Assembly: GCF_035084215.1 (NCBI RefSeq)
Contig: NW_027139969.1
Location: 1-64,000, forward strand
Length of the DNA: 64,000 nt
Source: Heptranchias perlo
Taxonomy: Eukaryota
Direction of reading: 5' to 3'
Position numbers and translations under genes: made by a program
Notes under the pieces: generated by a model
What the model was told of the DNA's origin: nothing
The model's input: the letters and a program-made list of their open reading frames with translations, nothing else
Database searches by the model: none
Part shown: positions 35,378 to 47,249 of the stretch, in pieces
How the letters are laid out: every line of letters begins with the position of its first letter
How positions within the stretch are numbered: position 1 is the stretch's first letter

Positions 35378-35860
35378 AGAATCATACAGCACAGAAGGAG
35401 GCCATTCGGCCCTTCGTGCCTGTGCTGGCTCTTTGAAAGAGCTATCCAATTAATCCCACTCTTCCCCCATTAGCCCTGCACATCTTTGCCTTTTCAAGTA
35501 TTTATCCGATTCCCTTTTGAAAGTTATTATTGAATCTGCTTCCATCGCCCTTTCAGGCAGCGAATTCCAGATCAGAACAACTCGCTGCGTAAAAAAAATT
35601 CTCCTCATCTCCCCCTCTGGTTCTTTTGCCAATTATTTTAAATCTGTGCCCTCTGGTTACTGACTCTTCTGCCACTGGAAAGTTTCTCCTTATTTACTCT
35701 ATCAAAACCCGTCATGATTTTGAGCCCCTCGATTAAATCTCTCCTTAACCGTCTCTGTTCTAAGGAGAACAATCCCAGATTCTCCAGTCTCCGCATAACT
35801 GAAGTCGCTCATCCCTGGGACCGTTCTGATAAATCTCCTCCGCACCCTCTCCCAGACCTT
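35378..35860 (-). mobile_element. CR1 3' fragment
   Basis: RRIFFTQRVVLIWNSLPERAMEADSIITFKRESDKYL. Confidence 0.85.
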
Positions 35861-35963
35861 CCTTTCCACCCGTACCGATGTTCTGAGCTTAGGAATCTTG
35901 GCCCTACAGTTCATAGTCTGGCTTTAAAAAGAAAACACACAGCGATATCAAAGTTTGACTCAC

Positions 35964-36019
35964 TCTTTTTTGCTTCATGTACTTCCAGAGGTTTCAGGCC
36001 GAGCTTGGCCCGCAGTTTG
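35964..36019 (-). CDS. SART1: SART1 exon 3 (HIND motif, second half)
   Basis: KLRAKLGLKPLEVHEAKK|gtgagt. Confidence 0.95.
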
Positions 36020-36196
36020 CTGCAGAGAAACACAAGACAACAGTTAGATCGGAAATCAGTGACTGCTCTGAGCGAGGAAGCACGGGAGGTTCTGCAGATA
36101 GGGTGAGATGAGGGAGGAGGCTCGTGTGGAGCATGGACCAATTGGGCCGATGTAGATTCAGAGCAGGAGGAAAGTCAGGGGCATTTATTCACTCAC

Positions 36197-36251
36197 TTTG
36201 TTTCTTCGATGGTCAGTGAGGCATCGCCAGCGGCGGATTTTGGTCCAGGAG
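36197..36251 (-). CDS. SART1: SART1 exon 2 (HIND motif, first half)
   Basis: PGPKSAAGDASLTIEETN|gtgagt; with exon 3 gives SLTIEETNKLRAKLGLKPL, the Hub1/UBL5-interaction motif. Confidence 0.94.
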
Positions 36252-36310
36252 CTAACGGTAGAGAGAAAAAAAAAGACAAGGTAAAATACTATTCAAGGAA
36301 AGCAAAACAA

Positions 36311-38520
36311 CTACCCCCTCCCAGCGCTCCACGGGTACACACCTACCCCCCCGCCCCCTCCCAGCGCTCCACGGGTACACACCTACCCCCCGCCCCCTCC
36401 CAGCGCTCCACGGGTACACACCTACCCCCCGCCCCCTCCCAGCGCTCCACGGGTACACACCTACCCCCCGCCCCCTCCCAGCGCTCCACAGATACACACC
36501 TACCCCCCCGCCCCCTCCCAGCGCTCCACGGGTACACACCTACCCCCCGCCCCCTCCCAGCGCTCCACGGGTACACACCTACCACCCGCCCCCTCCCAGC
36601 GCTCGAGAGGTACACACCTACCCCCCGCCCCCTCCCAGCGCTCGAGAGGTACACACCTACCCCCCCGCCCCCTCCCAGCGCTCCACGGGTACACACCTAC
36701 CCCCCCCTCCCAGCACTCTATAGGTACACACCTACCCCCCCGCCCCCTCCCAGCACTCTATAGGTACACACCTACCCCCCGCCCCCTCCCAGCGCTCCAC
36801 GGGTACACACCTACCCCCCGCCCCCTCCCAGCGCTCCACGGGTACACACCTACCCCCCGCCCCCTCCCAGCGCTCAACGGGTACACACCTACCACCCGCC
36901 CCCTCCCAGCGCTCGAGAGGTACACACCTACCCCCCGCCCCCTCCCAGCGCTCGAGAGGTACACACCTACCCCCCCCCCTCCCAGCGCTCTATAGGTACA
37001 CACCTACCCCCCCCCACTCCCAGCGCTCTATAGGTACACACCTACCCCCCCCCTCCCAGCGCTCTATAGGTACACACCTACCCCCCCCCTCCCAGCACTC
37101 TATAGGTACACACCTACCCCCCCCCCTCCCAGCACTCTATAGGTACACACCTACCCCCCCCCCCCTCCCAGCACTCTATAGGTACACACCTACCCCCCCC
37201 CTCCCAGCACTCTATAGGTACACACCTACCCCCCCCCCCCCTCCCAGCACTCTATAGGTACACACCGACCCCCCCCCCCCCTCCCAGCGCTCTATAGGTA
37301 CACACCTACCCCCCCCTCCCAGCGCTCTATAGGTACACACCTACCCCCCCCCCCTCCCAGCACTCTATAGGTACACACCTACCCCCCCCCTCCCAGCACT
37401 CTATAGGTACACACCTACCCCCCCCCCCCCCTCCAGCACTCTATAGGTACACACCTACCCCCCCCCCTCCCAGCACTCCATAGGTACACACCTACCCCCC
37501 CCCTCCCAGCACTCCATAGGTACACACCTACCCCCCCCCTCCCAGCGCTCTATAGGTACACACCTACCCCCCCCCCCTCCCAGCACTCTATAGGTACACA
37601 CCTACCCCCCCCCCTCCCAGCACTCTATAGGTACACACCTACCCCCCCCTCCCAGCACTCTATAGGTACACACCTACCCCCCCCTCCCAGCACTCTATAG
37701 GTACACACCTACCCCCCCCTCCCAGCACTCTATAGGTACACACCTACCCCCCCCTCCCAGCACTCTATAGGTACACACCGACCCCCCCCCCCTCCCAGCA
37801 CTCTATAGGGACACACCTACCCCCCCCCCCCCTCCCAGCACTCTATAGGTACACACCTACCCCCCCCCTCCCAGCACTCTATAGGTACACACCTACCCCC
37901 CCCCCCCTCCCAGCACTCTATAGGTACACACCTACCCCCCCCCCTCCCAGCGCTCTATAGGTACACACCTACCCCCCCCCCCTCCCAGCGCTCTATAGGT
38001 ACACACCGACCCCCCCCGCCCCTTCCCAGCGCTCTATAGGTACACACCTACCCCCCCCCCCCCTCCCAGCGCTCTATAGGTACACACCTACCCCCCCCCC
38101 TCCCAGCACTCTATAGGTACACACCTACCCCCCCCCGCCCCTTCCCAGCGCTCTATAGGTACACACCTACCCCCCCCCCTCCCAGCACTCTATAGGTACA
38201 CACCTACCCCCACCCCCCCCCCCTCCCAGCACTCTATAGGTACACACCTACCCCCCCCCCTCCAGCACTCTATAGGTACACACCTACCCCCCCCCTCCCA
38301 GCACTCTATAGGTACACACCTACCCCCCCCTATATTCCCCCCTCTCGCCCCCCTATAATCCCGTCTCCCCCCCCCCCATATTCCCCTCTCCCCCCCCCTA
38401 TATTCCCCCCTCTCCCCTCCCTATAATCCCCCCCCCCTATATTCCCCCCTCTCCCCCCCCCCTATATTCCCCCCCTCTCCCCCCCCCCTATATTCCCTCC
38501 CTATAATCCCCCTCTCCCCC
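36311..38520. repeat. About 35-40-bp C-rich minisatellite plus TATATTC-poly(C) tract, SART1 intron 1
   Basis: TAC-poly(C)-TCCCAGCRCTCTATAGGTACACACC units with variable poly(C). Confidence 0.92.
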
Positions 38521-38529
38521 GTTTCTCAC

Positions 38530-38737
38530 CAGACTCCTCGGCCTTCTCTCTCTTGACCCGGCGCTCGGGCTCGGTCTGAGCCTGAGCCTGAGCCCGGCGG
38601 TCGCGGTCCCTCTGCCGGCGGCTCTCCCTCTCCCGACTCCCCGCCCGCTGTTTCCGCTCCTTGTGTTTGTGTTTCTTGTGGCGCGCGGCCTCGTCCGGGC
38701 CCCGCTCGCGCTCGCGGTGCTTCTTGGAGGAGCCCAT
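38530..38737 (-). CDS. SART1: SART1 (U4/U6.U5 tri-snRNP-associated protein 1, Snu66) exon 1
   Basis: gccgccATGG-type Kozak (cccgccATGG); MGSSKKHRERERGPDEAARHKKHKHKE...RVKREKAEES|gtgaga. The 20 exons sum to 2283 nt = 760 aa plus stop, with no frameshift. Confidence 0.94.
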
Positions 38738-38856
38738 GGCGGGGGCGCGCACGGTGATTGGGGACGCGCTCAGTGATAGGGGGCGCGCACTGTTGGAGGC
38801 GCGCTCGGCACCGGGGGCGCGCACAGTAACAGGGAAGCGCGCTCTGGTCTCACTAT

Positions 38857-39500
38857 CGGGGCCGCGCTCTCCCCCCTCTCTCGGGGCCGCGCTCTCGCTC
38901 TCCCCCCTCTCTCGGGGCCGCGCTCTCTCTCTCTCCCCCTCTCTCGGGGCCGCGCTGTCGCTCTCCCCCCTCTCTCGGGGCCGCGCTCTCTCCCCCCCCT
39001 CTCTCGCGGGGCCGCGCTCTCTCCCCCCCTCTCTCGCGGGGCCGCGCTCTTCGCTCTCCCCCCCTCTCTCGGGGCCGCGCTCTCGCTCTCCCCCCCTCTC
39101 TCGCGGGGCCGCGCTCTCGCTCTCCCCCCCTCTCTCGGGGCCGCGCTCTCGCTCTCCCCCCCCTCTCGCGGGGCCGCGCTCTCTCTCTCTCCCCCCTCTC
39201 TCGGGGCCGCGCTCTCTCTCTCCCCCCTCTCTCGGGGCCGCGCTCGCTCTCTCTCTCCCCCCTCTCTCGGGGCCGCGCTCTCTCTCCCCCCTCTCTCGGG
39301 GCCGCGCTCTCTCTCTCCCCCCTCTCTCGGGGCCGCGCTCTCTCTCTCCCCCCTCTCTCGGGGCCGCGCTCTCTCTCTCCCCCCTCTCTCGGGGCCGCGC
39401 TCTCTCTCTCCCCCCTCTCTCGGGGCCGCGCTCTCTCTCTCCCCCCTCTCTCGGGGCCGCGCTCTCTCTCTCCCCCCTCTCTCGGGGCCGCGCTCTCTCG
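38857..39500. repeat. About 30-bp GC-rich repeat between the SART1 promoter motifs and ATG
   Basis: CGGGGCCGCGCTCTC...CCCCCCTCTCT units. Confidence 0.9.
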
Positions 39501-39640
39501 GTGACCGGGATCGAGCTTTTTTTTCCGCTCCGACAACGACGTCGGCTCAAACAAAGATGGCGGCACACACTTCCACTCGACCCTTCACCCCCCTCGTCAC
39601 TTCCGCTCACTCTCCCAATTAAAGGGGCGCGGTGTTCGCT
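39500..39640 (-). promoter_or_regulatory. Probable SART1 core promoter
   Basis: YY1 motif AAGATGGCGGC at about 39554-39564, ETS motif CACTTCCG at about 39598-39605, CCAAT at about 39615; CpG-rich and upstream of the SART1 ATG. Confidence 0.6.
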
Positions 39641-40067
39641 AATTTTTTTTTAAATGTGTAAAATTGAATATTTTCTGCTTTTAATGGTCCAGAGGCGGCT
39701 TCTGGCTGAAATTCCTTTGTCTTTGCAGAATTCTGGGTTTGTCTGGAATTAAAGTTGCACAACGCAAAATGGCTTCGCTCCTTCAAAGACTGTCACAAAT
39801 TTGTCACGGCCCATCAAGTGTGCACAGCAAGATCCCACACTCGACAGGGAGGTCAACGCCCAGATAAGCTGCAATAATGCTGTTGGATGAAGGAGGAATG
39901 TTGGCCAAGACACCAGGAGATCGGCGAAGCGTTATGCGAACTAGCCGACGGGGTTAGAAGATGGGTGGGAGTGGGCTCGTGTGGAGCATAAATGCCGGCA
40001 TAGACTAGATGGGCCGAATGGCCTGTTTCAGTGCTGTAAATTCTATGTAACTCTATTTAATTTACTC

Positions 40068-40657
40068 TAAACCGTGCTGTACCTGCCCTGGGAGTGTTTG
40101 ATGGGACAGTGTAGAGGGAGCTTTACTCTGTATCTAACAGTGTAGAGGGAGCTTTACTCTGTATCTAATCCTGTACCTGCCCTGGGAGTGTTTGACGGGA
40201 CAGTGTAGAGGGAGCTTTACTCTGTATCTAACCCTGTACCTGCCCTGGGAGTGTTTGATGGGAAAGTGTAGAGGGAGCTTCACTCTGTATCTAACCCGTG
40301 CTGTACCTGCCCTGGGAGTGTTTGACGGGACAGTGTAGAGGGAGCTTTACTCTGTATCTAACCCGTCGCTGTACTTGCCCTGGGAGTGTTTGACGGGACA
40401 GTGTAGAGGGAGCTTTACTCTGTATCTAACCCGTGCTGTACCTGCCCCGGGAGTGTTTGATGGGACAGTGTAGAGGGAGCTTTACTCCGTATCTAACCCT
40501 GTACCTGCCCTGGGAGTGTTTGACGGGACAGTGTAGAGGGAGCTTTACTCTGTATCTAACCCTGTACCTGCCTGGGAGTGTTTGACGGGACAGTGTAGAG
40601 GGAGCTTTACTCTGTATCTAACCCTGTACCTGCCCTGGGAGTGTTTGCTGGGACAGT
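40068..40657 (-). repeat. 62-bp minisatellite family array, reverse orientation
   Basis: Reverse complement of the 21779-22614 unit, about 9 copies. Confidence 0.92.
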
Positions 40658-41579
40658 GGGTGAGGTGACCACAATCAGCACACAGCAGATCCAGTGACAA
40701 GGCGACCCTTTGGACCCCTGACCATCAGAGCTTTCTCTTCCACGTAGCCAGAAGTGACACCAAACCGTGCTCCCTTAATGTCTGACTGACGACATGCACA
40801 CCTGGTGTGTTACTATGCCACACGGACAAAGTCCCTGATCTCTGCAGCTACAATGGGCCTCAGTGGCGATGGGTTAGGGAGGGGTCGGAGGGGGTTGAGA
40901 AATCAGCTGAGGCCCTTCAGCGCTGATTGCTAGCTGTTGAGCCCCGTTGGAAAGCAGATGCTGGCGTGAACAGGAGCGGGCCTGGTTGTGATGCCTCACG
41001 TGGTCGAATACCACCCCCCCCCACACACACACACCCCGAAGAGGTGAGCAAGGCTCTGGAGGGCAGCCGCGGAACTGTACCCCAGCCGGAGGTTGAGGAA
41101 AAGGGGTGGTGGTCGGGGGGGGTTTGGGTTCTGAGTTTCGATTAAAAAAAACTCGTCCAAATTTGCGATTTACTCATGAAATCTTTATTTCTGTGAATCT
41201 TTCTAAACAGAAGAGGGTAACACGGATATCAAACCATCAACAATACCTCTTGCGCGTGGGAGCCCAGAGCTCGAGGCAACAGGAAGAGAGGCTCGAGCCC
41301 ACACAGTATTGACCGAGGTCAGGCGGGGTGGGGTCTGGGCGGGCGATGGTGGGGGCAGTAAAGAGATCAGGCAATGGAAGGGACAGCCCAATGGGGAGCA
41401 CAAAACTGGTGAGTGCATGGGGTGAAGGTCAGACCTACTCTCTTGTCAGGGAGAGAACACATTTGTGGGGAGGATACCCAGGAAACAGGAGTATGGTCGT
41501 CTATGGCCAGTATGGGACTGATTCACAGGGATTAAGGCCCTCGGCTCCATCTCCAGTCTGTGCTGAGCTGATCACACCC

Positions 41580-41870
41580 ATTTTTTTAGTGATGTTGGTT
41601 GAGGGATAAATATTGGCCCCAGGACACCGGGGAGAACTCCCCCCTGCTCTTCTCCAATAGTGGCCGTGGGATCTTTTACATCCACCCTGAGAGGGGCAGA
41701 CGGGGCCCTCGGTTAACGTCTCATCCGAAGACGGCGCCTCCGACAGTGCAGCACTCCCTCAGTACCGGCACTGGGGAGTGTCGGCCTGGATTATGGGGTT
41801 CGAGTCTCTGGAGTGAAGCCACGACCTTCTGACTCAGAAGCGAGAGAGAGGCCCACTGAGCACAGCTGAC
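41580..41870 (-). mobile_element. DeuSINE, partial, in the B3GNT-like 3' UTR region
   Basis: Head and Deu domain. Confidence 0.75.
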
Positions 41871-41883
41871 ACCTACAGTACAC

Positions 41884-42390
41884 AGTGTGTAGTACACAGG
41901 GTGTAGTATTCAGGCGTACTATACCCTGTGTATCGTGCCCTGTGTATCGTGCCCTGTGTATTGTGGCTTGTGTATTGCACCCTGGTATTGTGCCATGTGT
42001 ACCAAGCCCTGTGTACCACGTCCTGTGCACTCTGCCCTGTGTACCATGTCCTGTGCACTCTGCCCTGTGTACCACATCCTGTGCACTGTGTACCATATCG
42101 TGTATACTCTACCCTGTGTACCATGCCCTGTGTACTACGCCCTGTGTACCAAGTCGTGTATACTCTGCCCTGTGTACCATACCATGTGTACTACACCCTG
42201 TGTACCACGTCGTGTACACTCTGCCCTGTGTACCATACCATGTGTACTACGCCCTGTGTACCACGTCATGTATACTCTGCCCTATGTACCATACCGTGTG
42301 TACTACGCCCTGTGTACCACATCACGTATACTCTTCCTGTGTACCATGCCTGTGTACCACGTCGTGTGCACTCTGCCCCGTGTACCAGGC
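41884..42390. repeat. Degenerate CCCTGTGTACCA tandem repeat
   Basis: Direct inspection. Confidence 0.8.
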
Positions 42391-42414
42391 CCTGTGCCCC
42401 CGGCCCCAAGCCCC

Positions 42415-43573
42415 TCACTCGCAGGTGATGTTGGGCTGGTGCAGGATCTGCAGATTCGGATGATCTCCTGCGGGCTCCTCCTGTGTACCACAAATAGCCG
42501 TCGGTAGGCGCACACGTCCCAGCGGTCGGTCTCGTTGATGCCGAAGCTGCGGAAGCCCCAGTGTCCCAGCGGCGCCACGCCCAGCCTCCGCAGGCACATG
42601 CCGGTGTAGACGTCGTCGATGGGGAAGAGGGGCACGGCCTGGGAGACCAGGGCCAGGCGGCGGGCCAGGTTTCCCCGAGTAGAGGACTCCTGCCCCCCCA
42701 GCGTAGGGCGGGTACAGGCCGCTGTAGAAGGCGCCGGGCACGTAGTACTTGAGGCCGGGGTCGCGGGAGGGCGCGGCCTCCAGATGGCGTCGCCCAGGAA
42801 GAGGTCGCGGCTGCGGCCGGGGTCCAGCGCCGCCACGTAGTCGAGCAGCCGCTCGGTGTTGACGAAGACGTCGTCGTCGCCCTTGAAGACGTAGCGCACG
42901 CCCGGGCAACGCCTGGCCAGCCAGGGCAGAAGAGGACCTCCTTCAGGGTCAGGTTGAAGAAAGTGTCGCGGAAGGCCCACTGGAGGAGGTCGCCAAAGTG
43001 CTGGCTCTCAAACTGCAGCAGCTGGCTCAGGTCGGCCTGGTAGTCCGCCGCCTCCTGCTGCCCCAACAGGAAGACCAGCCTGACCCCCAGGGGCCCCGGC
43101 GCTTGCCGCGGCCCACGCCCCCCCACGACTGCCGGATGGCCTGCCTCCGGGCGAAGCTGAAGGCCTCGCTCTTGACGGCCAGCAGCAGCAGGACTGGCCG
43201 GCCCCCCCTCCTCCCGGCACAGGCCCCCGGCGTCGAGCAGCAACGGGTAGGCCCGGCAGCCCCGGTAAACCAGGAAGTCCTTCATCTGCTGGGGCAGCAG
43301 GCCGAAGTCACAAAGCGGCCGGCCACCTCCGTGTCAGGCCGGCAGGAGCCCGGGTCCGAGGGGGGCGGGTCGGGCAGCTCGGCCGCCTGCTGCTCCAGCC
43401 GCTGCTGCTCCAGGTTCCAGAGTGACTGGAGGGGGCAGCCCGGCCTCCAGAAGCTCCCCGGGACCGCCAGCATCGTCCCGCTCTCCTCCCCATCCGCAGG
43501 GCCCAGTAGATCAGCAGGTTGGCAGGAGAGTGCAGGTCGCCCAAAGGAGGCACTTCTTCTGCGTCAGGTTCAT
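42415..43573 (-). CDS. GT31 beta-1,3-N-acetylglucosaminyltransferase (B3GNT2/4/8-like), single coding exon, multiply frameshifted here
   Basis: Across frames: MNLTQKKCLLW... membrane anchor, LPQQMKDFLVYRGCR, LLLAVKS...RRQAIRQSWG, LVFLLG, DLLQWAFRDTFFNLTLKE, YVFKGDDDVFVN, KYYVP, YPPYAGG, LFPIDDVYTGMCL, VHRRSPQE; acceptor ccccag just upstream (exon start 43584); AATAAA at 41184-41189; about 8 small indels. Confidence 0.88.
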
Positions 43574-43634
43574 AGCGTCAGCCCCTGGGGACAGAAAGAA
43601 AACAGCTTTAGAGGGGAACGGAGTTAGAATTCCA

Positions 43635-46600
43635 CTCCCTCCCCTCAATCCCTCCACTCTCCCCCTCCCTCTACNNNNNNNNNNNNNNNNNNNNNNNNNN
43701 NNNNNNNNNNNNNNNNNNNNNNNNNNNNNNNNNNNNNNNNNNNNNNNNNNNNNNNNNNNNNNNNNNNNNNNNNNNNNNNNNNNNNNNNNNNNNNNNNNNN
43801 NNNNNNNNNNNNNNNTCTCTCCTCCCTTCTCCCCCCTCCCTCTCTCCTCCCTTACCTTCTCTTCTCCCCTCCCTCTCTCCTCCCTTCTCCCCCCTCCCTC
43901 TCTCCTCCCTTCTCCCCCCTCCTCCCTTCTCCCTTCTCCCCCTCCCTTCTCCCCCCTCCCTCTCTCCTCCCTTCTCCCCCTCCCTTCTCCCCCCTCCCTC
44001 TCTCCTCCCTTCTCCCCCCTCCCTCTCTCCTCCCTTCTCCCCCTCCCTCTCTCCTCCCTTCTCTCTCTCCTCCCTTCTCCCTCTCTCCTCCCTTCTCCCC
44101 TCCCTCTCTCCTCCCTCCCTCTCTCCCCCCTCCCTCTCCTCCCTTCTCCCCCTCCCTCTCTCCTCCCTTCTCCCCCCTCCCTCTCTCCTCCCTTCTCCCT
44201 CTCTCCTCCCTTCTCCCCTCCCTCTCTCCTCCCTCCCTCTCTCCTCCCTTCCTCTCTCCTCCCTTCTCCCCCCTCCCTCTCTCCTCCCTTCTCCCCCCTC
44301 CCTCTCTCCTCCCTTCTCCCCCCTCCCTCTCTCCTCCCTTCTCCCCCCTCCCTCTCTCCTCCCTTCTCCCCCCTCCCTCTCTCCTCCCTTCTCCCCCCTC
44401 CCTCTCTCCTCCTTCTCCCCCTCCCTCTCTCCTCCCTTCCTCTCCTCCTTCTCCCCCTCCCCCTCTCCTCCCTCTCCCCCTCCCTCTCTCCTCCTTCTCC
44501 CCCCCTCCTCTCGTCCTCCTTCTCCCCCTCCCTCTCTCCTCCCTTCTCCCCCCTACCCTCTCTCCTCCCTTCTCTCTCCTCCTTCTCCCATCTCCCTCTC
44601 TCCTCCCTTCTCCCCCACCCTCGACTCCTCCCTTCTCCCCCCTCCCTCTCTCCTCCCTTCTCCCCCCTCCTCTCTCCTCCCTTCTCCCCCTCCCTCTCTC
44701 CTCCCTTCTCTCTCTCCTCCCTTCTCCCCTCCCTCCCTCTCTCCTCCCTCCCTCTCTCCTCCCTTCCTCTCTCCTCCCTTCTCCTCCCTTCCTCTCTCCT
44801 CCCTTCTCCCCCCTCCCTCTCTCCTCCCTTCTCCCCCCTCCCTCTCTCCTCCCTTCTCCCCCCTCCCTCTCTCCTCCCTTCTCCCCCCTCCCTCTCTCCT
44901 CCCTTCTCCCCCCTCCTCCCTTCTCCCCCCTCCCTCTCTCCTCCCTTCTCCCCCTCCCTCTCTCCTCCCTTCTCCCCCTCCTTCTCCCCCCTCCCTCTCT
45001 CCTCCCTTCTCCCCCCTCCCTCCCTCCTCCCTTCTCCCCCTCCCTCTCTCCTCCTTCTCTCTCTCCTCCCTTCTCCTCTCTCCTCCCTTCTCCCCTCCCT
45101 TCTCTCCTCCCTCCCTCTCTCCCCCCTCCCTCTCTCCTCCCTTCTCCCCCTCCCTCTCTCCTCCCTTCTCCCCCCTCCCTCTCTCCTCCCTTCTCCCTCT
45201 CTCCTCCCTTCTCCCCTCCCTCTCTCCTCCCTCCCTCTCTCCTCCCTTCCTCTCTCCTCCTTCTCCCCCCTCCCTCTCTCCTCCCTTCTCCCCCCTCCCT
45301 CTCTCCTCCCTTCTCCCCCTCCCTCTCTCCTCCCTTCTCCCCCCTCCCTCTCTCCTCCCTTCTCCCCCCTCCCTCTCTCCTCCCTTCTCCCCCTCCCTCT
45401 CTCCTCCCTTCTCCCCCCTCCTCTCTCCTCCCTTCTCCCCCTCCTCTCTCCTCCCTCCTCTCTCCTCCTTCTCCTCCCCTCCCCCTCCTCCCTCTCCTCC
45501 CTTCTCCCCCTCCCTCTCTCCTCCCTTCTCCCCCTCCCTCTCTCCTCCCTTCTCCCCCTCCCTCTCTCCTCCCTTCTCCCCCCTCCCTCTCTCCTCCCTT
45601 CTCCCCCCTCCCTCTCTCCTCCCTTCCTCTCTCCTCCCTTCTCCCTCTCTCCTCCCTTCTCCCTCTCTCCTCCCTTCTCCCCCACCCTCTCTCCTCCCTT
45701 CTCCCCCTCCCGCTCTCCTCCCTCCCGCTCTCCTCCTTCCTCTCTCCTCCCTTCTCTTCCCTTCTCCCTCTCTCCTCCCTTCTCCCCCCTCCCTTCTCCC
45801 CCTCCCTCTCNNNNNNNNNNNNNNNNNNNNNNNNNNNNNNNNNNNNNNNNNNNNNNNNNNNNNNNNNNNNNNNNNNNNNNNNNNNNNNNNNNNNNNNNNN
45901 NNNNNNNNNNNNNNNNNNNNNNNNNNNNNNNNNNNNNNNNNNNNNNNNNNNNNNNNNNNNNNNNNNNNNNNNNNNNNNNNNNNNNNNNNNNNNNNNNNNN
46001 NNNNNNNNNNNNNNNNNNNNNNNNNNNNNNNNNNNNNNNNNNNNNNNNNNNNNNNNNNNNNNNNNNNNNNNNNNNNNNNNNNNNNNNNNNNNNNNNNNNN
46101 NNNNNNNNNNNNNNNNNNNNNNNNNNNNNNNNNNNNNNNNNNNNNNNNNNNNNNNNNNNNNNNNNNNNNNNNNNNNNTCCCATCCCCCTCCCTCCCTCCT
46201 CCCCGCTCCCTCTCCCCTCCCTTCTCTCCCTCTCTGCCCTCCCACCCTCCCTTCTCCCCCTCCCTCCTCCCCTTCCCTCCTCCCCTTCCCTCTCTCCCCC
46301 TCCATCCCTTCTCCCCTCTCTCTCTCCTTTTCCATCTCTCCCTTCTCTTCCCTCTCCCCTCCCTTCTCCTCCCTCTCTGCTTCCCTTTTCCCATCTCTCC
46401 CTTCTCCTCCCTCTCTCCCCCTCCCTTCCTTCTCCCACTCCCCTCCCTCCCTCCACCCCTTTCCCCCTACCTTCCTCCCTTCTCCTCCTCTCTCCCCTCC
46501 CTCCCTTCTCCCCCTCCCCATCTCTCCCCCCTTCTCCCTCCCTCTCTCCCCCTCCCTTCCTTCTCCCACTCCCCCTCCCTCTTCCCCTTTCCCCCTACCT

Positions 46601-47095
46601 TCCTCCCTCTCTCCCCTCCCTCCCTTCTCCCCCCTCCGTCCCCCTTCTCCCCCCTCCTCCCCTTTCCCACTCCCTCCCTCTCCTCCTCCCTTTCCCCCCT
46701 CCCTCCCTCCCTCCCTTCTCTTCCCTCTCCCGCTCCCTTCTCCTCCCTCTCCTCCCTTCTCTCCCTCTCTCCTCCTTCTCCCTCTCTCCTCCTCGCTCCT
46801 CCATTCTCCCCCTCCCTCTCCCCCTCTCTCCTCCCTTCTCCCCCTTCCTCTCCCCTTCTCCTCTCCCCTTCCCTTCTCCCCCTTCCCTTCTCCCCTCCCT
46901 CCCTTCTCCCCTTCCTCTTCACCCTCCCTCCCCTCTCCCCTCCCTCTTCCCCCTCCCCTCTCCCATCTCTCCTCCCTCTCCCCCTCTCTCCTCCCTTTCT
47001 CCCCTCCCTCACTTCTCCCCTTCGTCCCCCTTCTCCCACTCCCCTCTCACCCATCTCCTCCCTCCCCCTCTCCTCCCTTGTCCCCCTCCCTCCCC
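43635..47095. repeat. Polypyrimidine/polypurine low-complexity tract containing two assembly gaps
   Basis: Almost only C/T on the + strand; N runs at 43675-43815 and 45811-46177. Confidence 0.95.
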
Positions 47096-47249
47096 TTACG
47101 GTGCTGGTCCAGAACCCCACCCGAGTCGCTTATTCTGGACTCTAAGCATTGGCATGATATTCGACTATGGGGGCATCACAGCCACGCCCAATCCTAGCCA
47201 CACAGGAACTGACATTCACACACATGCACAAACTTTACATTAGGAGGGC

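Noticed and set aside
38501-39610. 369-aa ORF as an extended SART1 N-terminus
   Set aside because: It starts at GTG and is repeat-derived; the conserved start MGSSKKH with good Kozak context is at 38737.
43422-47243. ORFs of 600-1273 aa
   Set aside because: They arise from the C/T low-complexity tract and N gaps.
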